From IMG/VR virus record IMGVR_UViG_3300034945_000003, positions 1 to 37,315 of that record: a stretch of DNA of 37,315 nucleotides; one strand, given 5' to 3'. This document shows positions 34,991-37,315 of the stretch, in pieces. The translations under genes and the position numbers were made by a program. This stretch comes from a virus. Taxonomy: Duplodnaviria > Caudoviricetes. The notes beneath the pieces were generated by a model, which was not told the DNA's origin, made no database searches, and was given only the letters and a program-made list of their open reading frames with translations. Numbering within the stretch: the stretch's first letter is position 1; each line of letters opens with the position of its first letter.

Positions 34991-35149
34991 ATGAAAGTAT
35001 TTTTTAACATCATTCTAAAAGTAATCATCATCTATCTAGTAATAGATGTGGTGATGTTTCTTGTGTGGGCTTTGTCAGCTCAGTACCCGGTAGATGGTTT
35101 CTATGTTGGCGCTGTTACAAAGATGATTTTACAGTTTATCTTTTTCTAA
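34991..35149 (+). CDS. 52-aa hydrophobic membrane peptide (not in ORF track)
   Basis: MKVFFNIILKVIIIYLVIDVVMFLVWALSAQYPVDGFYVGAVTKMILQFIFF*; 1-nt gaps on both sides. Confidence 0.7.
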   Translation: MKVFFNIILKVIIIYLVIDVVMFLVWALSAQYPVDGFYVGAVTKMILQFIFF

Positions 35150-35150
35150 T

Positions 35151-35312
35151 ATGGATCTACCTATTGAAAGTGAAACAATTTGTACTCACTGTAAGATGTA
35201 CACAAAGCCATTCATTCATGAAGAAGAGGGTAGAGGTGCTTGTGAGTTTTGTGGAAAAGATATGTTGAGAAAGATAGATGGAAAGTGGGAGAGAATTATT
35301 TTACCAGATTAA
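35151..35312 (+). CDS. 53-aa zinc-ribbon protein (not in ORF track)
   Basis: MDLPIESETICTHCKMY..GACEFCGKDM..ILPD*. Confidence 0.7.
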   Translation: MDLPIESETICTHCKMYTKPFIHEEEGRGACEFCGKDMLRKIDGKWERIILPD

Positions 35313-35322
35313 TTTTATACTT

Positions 35323-35604
35323 ATGGGAATTTATATATCAAGCAAAGGGGAAGAGAAAGAGACTGAAGAGATGGCTTACCCATATCTAATTTCAGCTCTA
35401 AGAAAAGCAGAGAGAGAAGCTGATGAGGATACTAGGTCAATGAATAATCTTGCTGTACTTAATGCAGAACTTGCTACACGTTGTAAGGGTTGTGGATGTA
35501 AGTTTGAATCAGATCGAGCAGCTCTTAGCCGTTATGGTCATGGAGATATTTGTCCTGACTGTGGTACTCGTGAAGCTCTAGAGGGAGACTTTATTACTAA
35601 GTAA
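35323..35604 (+). CDS. hypothetical protein with C-terminal zinc finger
   Basis: CKGCG..AALSRY..ICPDCGTREAL; ATG 35323 preferred. Confidence 0.7.
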   Translation: MGIYISSKGEEKETEEMAYPYLISALRKAEREADEDTRSMNNLAVLNAELATRCKGCGCKFESDRAALSRYGHGDICPDCGTREALEGDFITK

Positions 35605-35605
35605 T

Positions 35606-35944
35606 ATGTACAACGGAAAATGTCAGAGCTGTGAAGAGTATGGAGAAGTAAATGACATCATGCTCTGTGATGACTGTGCTGAGGATCTTGAGAAGGAAGA
35701 TGGTCTATCAGAGGGAGAGGTATGGGCTGAGTATCGAGGTAACAACCAAAAGAAAAAGGCTCAGAATGAAATTGATAGTATCAAGCTTCTAGAGAGTAAG
35801 GGAATTGATTATACTATTCTCAATAAGGAGTGTAGACACTACCGAGTAATGGGCTTTGATTTTTGGCCATCTACCGGGAAATTCTATAACCAAAAGACAG
35901 GACAGAAAGGAAGAGGTGTATTTAATCTAATCAAGCTACTCTAG
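35606..35944 (+). CDS. hypothetical protein with N-terminal CxxC pairs
   Basis: CQSC..CDDC; FDFWPSTGKF..GRGVFNL. Confidence 0.7.
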   Translation: MYNGKCQSCEEYGEVNDIMLCDDCAEDLEKEDGLSEGEVWAEYRGNNQKKKAQNEIDSIKLLESKGIDYTILNKECRHYRVMGFDFWPSTGKFYNQKTGQKGRGVFNLIKLL

Positions 35945-35945
35945 T

Positions 35946-36158
35946 ATGGAAAAAGAAAAGAAAGAAGCTCAAAAGTTTATGGCTATTATGTTTAGAGATG
36001 ATGGAATGACTGAAGAGACTTTTGCTGACATGAATTCTCAAGACATAAAAGCTATTAGAAGTACTTTTATATTTAAGTGTTGGGTGATCTCTCAGAATGT
36101 TTTTGCACTTGTGGACTCTTTACGAGAGTATTTTAATGGTATAATTAAGAAGCTATAA
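35946..36158 (+). CDS. hypothetical protein
   Basis: Packed ORF. Confidence 0.65.
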   Translation: MEKEKKEAQKFMAIMFRDDGMTEETFADMNSQDIKAIRSTFIFKCWVISQNVFALVDSLREYFNGIIKKL

Positions 36159-36162
36159 AGAT

Positions 36163-36264
36163 ATGCGATGTTTAACCTGTAGAAAAGATAGAAAGTTAAA
36201 AAAAGGGTATTGCAAAGCATGTCGGAAAAGCGCCGGTCATGAAATCACACTACAAGAAATCTAG
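36163..36264 (+). CDS. 33-aa CxxC-CxxC peptide (not in ORF track)
   Basis: MRCLTCRKDRKLKKGYCKACRKSAGHEITLQEI*. Confidence 0.45.
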   Translation: MRCLTCRKDRKLKKGYCKACRKSAGHEITLQEI

Positions 36265-36775
36265 GACTTCAGTGTCCTATATAATTGCAGTAGTTGTATT
36301 CATTATTCTCTTATCATTACTGACTCCACAAGCAGTAGGATCTACACAAGTAGTCGTAGAGAATAATGAAACTGACAGTACACTACATCAGGTTCCTCTA
36401 TGAAGAGATCACGCTTTAGCTTTAACAAAAGCTATAGCGATTATTGAGACAGGTGGCTCTGCTAACTGTTCAATAACTGGTCTTTCAGGAGAAAGGGGTT
36501 GTCATCAATTCCTACCTAGTACTTGGGCGCTTTACTCTCAAGATATTTTTGGCTATGTAGCAGAGCAGACAGAAGAAAATGCTGAGTATGTTACTCGCAT
36601 GAAGATAGAGAAGTGGCTAGAGAAAGGGCTTACAGATCGTCAAATATTTTTAATATGGAATCAAGGAAATTACGGTCCTTGTAAAAGTGGAATCAATAAG
36701 TATGGTGTAGCCTATGACTCATGTGCTTATGCTGAAAAAGCTCTGAGGATACTCTCAGAAGTTACGCACAGGTGA
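36239..36775 (+). pseudogene. membrane-anchored lytic transglycosylase-like gene interrupted by an in-frame TGA at 36401 (pseudogene, readthrough or sequence error)
   Basis: TM YIIAVVVFIILLSLL, then TGA, then the same frame continues AIAIIETGG..GERGCHQFLPSTW..IWNQG (SLT motifs). Confidence 0.75.
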
Positions 36776-36817
36776 GAATGTTATGCACTTTACTTTTCCC
36801 TCAGAATAAAGTAAAAT
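36761..36817 (+). promoter_or_regulatory. GTTACGCACA-box promoter, copy 5
   Basis: GTTACGCACA..GTTATGCAC-TTTACT-17 nt-TAAAAT. Confidence 0.8.
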
Positions 36818-36845
36818 GTAAGTATACAAAAATAACAGCAAACAA

Positions 36846-37315
36846 ATGACAAAAGACTATTATCCAACTCCTAACAAAGTATTAGATCAGATGCTTCTAG
36901 GTGTTCAATTTGATGAGATAAATACTATTCTAGAGCCAAGCGCAGGTAAGGGGGATATTTGTGATTACATCCGAGAAAGGAGAAATCGCAGGTCAGATGA
37001 TTTAAGTATTGACGTAGTAGAGATTGATACTGATCTTCAGAAGATTCTACAGGGCAAGAAATACAATTTGGTCTATGATGATTTTCTTTCTTTTCAGACT
37101 TCTAAAAAGTATGATTTGATAGTAGCTAACTTTCCTTTCTCTGATGGAGATGAGCACCTACAGAAAGCTCTACAACTTCAGGAGCAGTATGGTGGCTCTC
37201 TCATCTGTTTAGTAAACGCTGAGACTATAAAAAATCCTTATTCAAATTTAAGAAAGACTTTAGTAACAAAGCTTGAAAAGTATGGGGCTGAAATAAAATA
37301 TCTTCAAGATATGTT
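36846..37315 (+). CDS. N6-adenine-type DNA methyltransferase domain protein (3'-truncated by window edge; not in ORF track)
   Basis: MTKDYYPTP..ILEPSAGKGDI..VEID..DDFL..YDLIVANFPF. Confidence 0.85.
   Translation, partial: MTKDYYPTPNKVLDQMLLGVQFDEINTILEPSAGKGDICDYIRERRNRRSDDLSIDVVEIDTDLQKILQGKKYNLVYDDFLSFQTSKKYDLIVANFPFSDGDEHLQKALQLQEQYGGSLICLVNAETIKNPYSNLRKTLVTKLEKYGAEIKYLQDM

Noticed and set aside
35065-35268. 67-aa ORF from the track
   Set aside because: Replaced by 34991-35149 and 35151-35312, which tile with 1-nt gaps
1-37315. Genome-wide stop codon reassignment (code 25/4/15), suggested by the TGA at 36401
   Set aside because: TGA ends genes in ATGA overlaps (1943, 2518, 3255, 15913, 29629, 32494), TAG ends others, and long genes are intact under code 11

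Overview
This window is a nearly complete, AT-rich siphovirus-type (HK97-fold head, non-contractile tail) phage genome, with every credible gene on the + strand. Gene order: small accessory genes and an HNH protein, then a 3-gene glycan-modification cluster, a self-contained structured cassette (4250-4696), terminase/portal-MuF/protease/capsid, head-tail and tail genes (with a -1 frameshifted tail chaperone), lysis (papain-like endolysin), an origin-like region, HNH-fused replication initiator, recombination genes (RecT, YqaJ, SSB, helicase, NinG), a C5 methyltransferase, more accessory genes, and an N6-methyltransferase/DUF4942 gene whose two ends lie at opposite ends of the window. I found no integrase, CI-type repressor, tRNA or CRISPR array. 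Genes lack Shine-Dalgarno motifs and many look leaderless behind sigma70-type -10 boxes; this fits a Patescibacteria/CPR-like host (inference). The main finding is an unannotated ~100-nt small RNA gene (25950-26052) with its own promoter and terminator. It carries two separate seeds (UUUGUCAU and UGCUGUUAUU), complementary in the correct antiparallel order to a bipartite motif (A[AG]TAACAGCA-N5-11-ATGACA) overlapping the start codon of six dispersed early genes; five of these also share a GTTACGCACA-box promoter. This looks like an RNA-based repressor/immunity regulon in a phage with no visible protein repressor. Other notable items: a lytic transglycosylase interrupted by one in-frame TGA, and an element complementary to the 16S rRNA 3' tail. 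All family calls come from visual motif recognition, not database searches.
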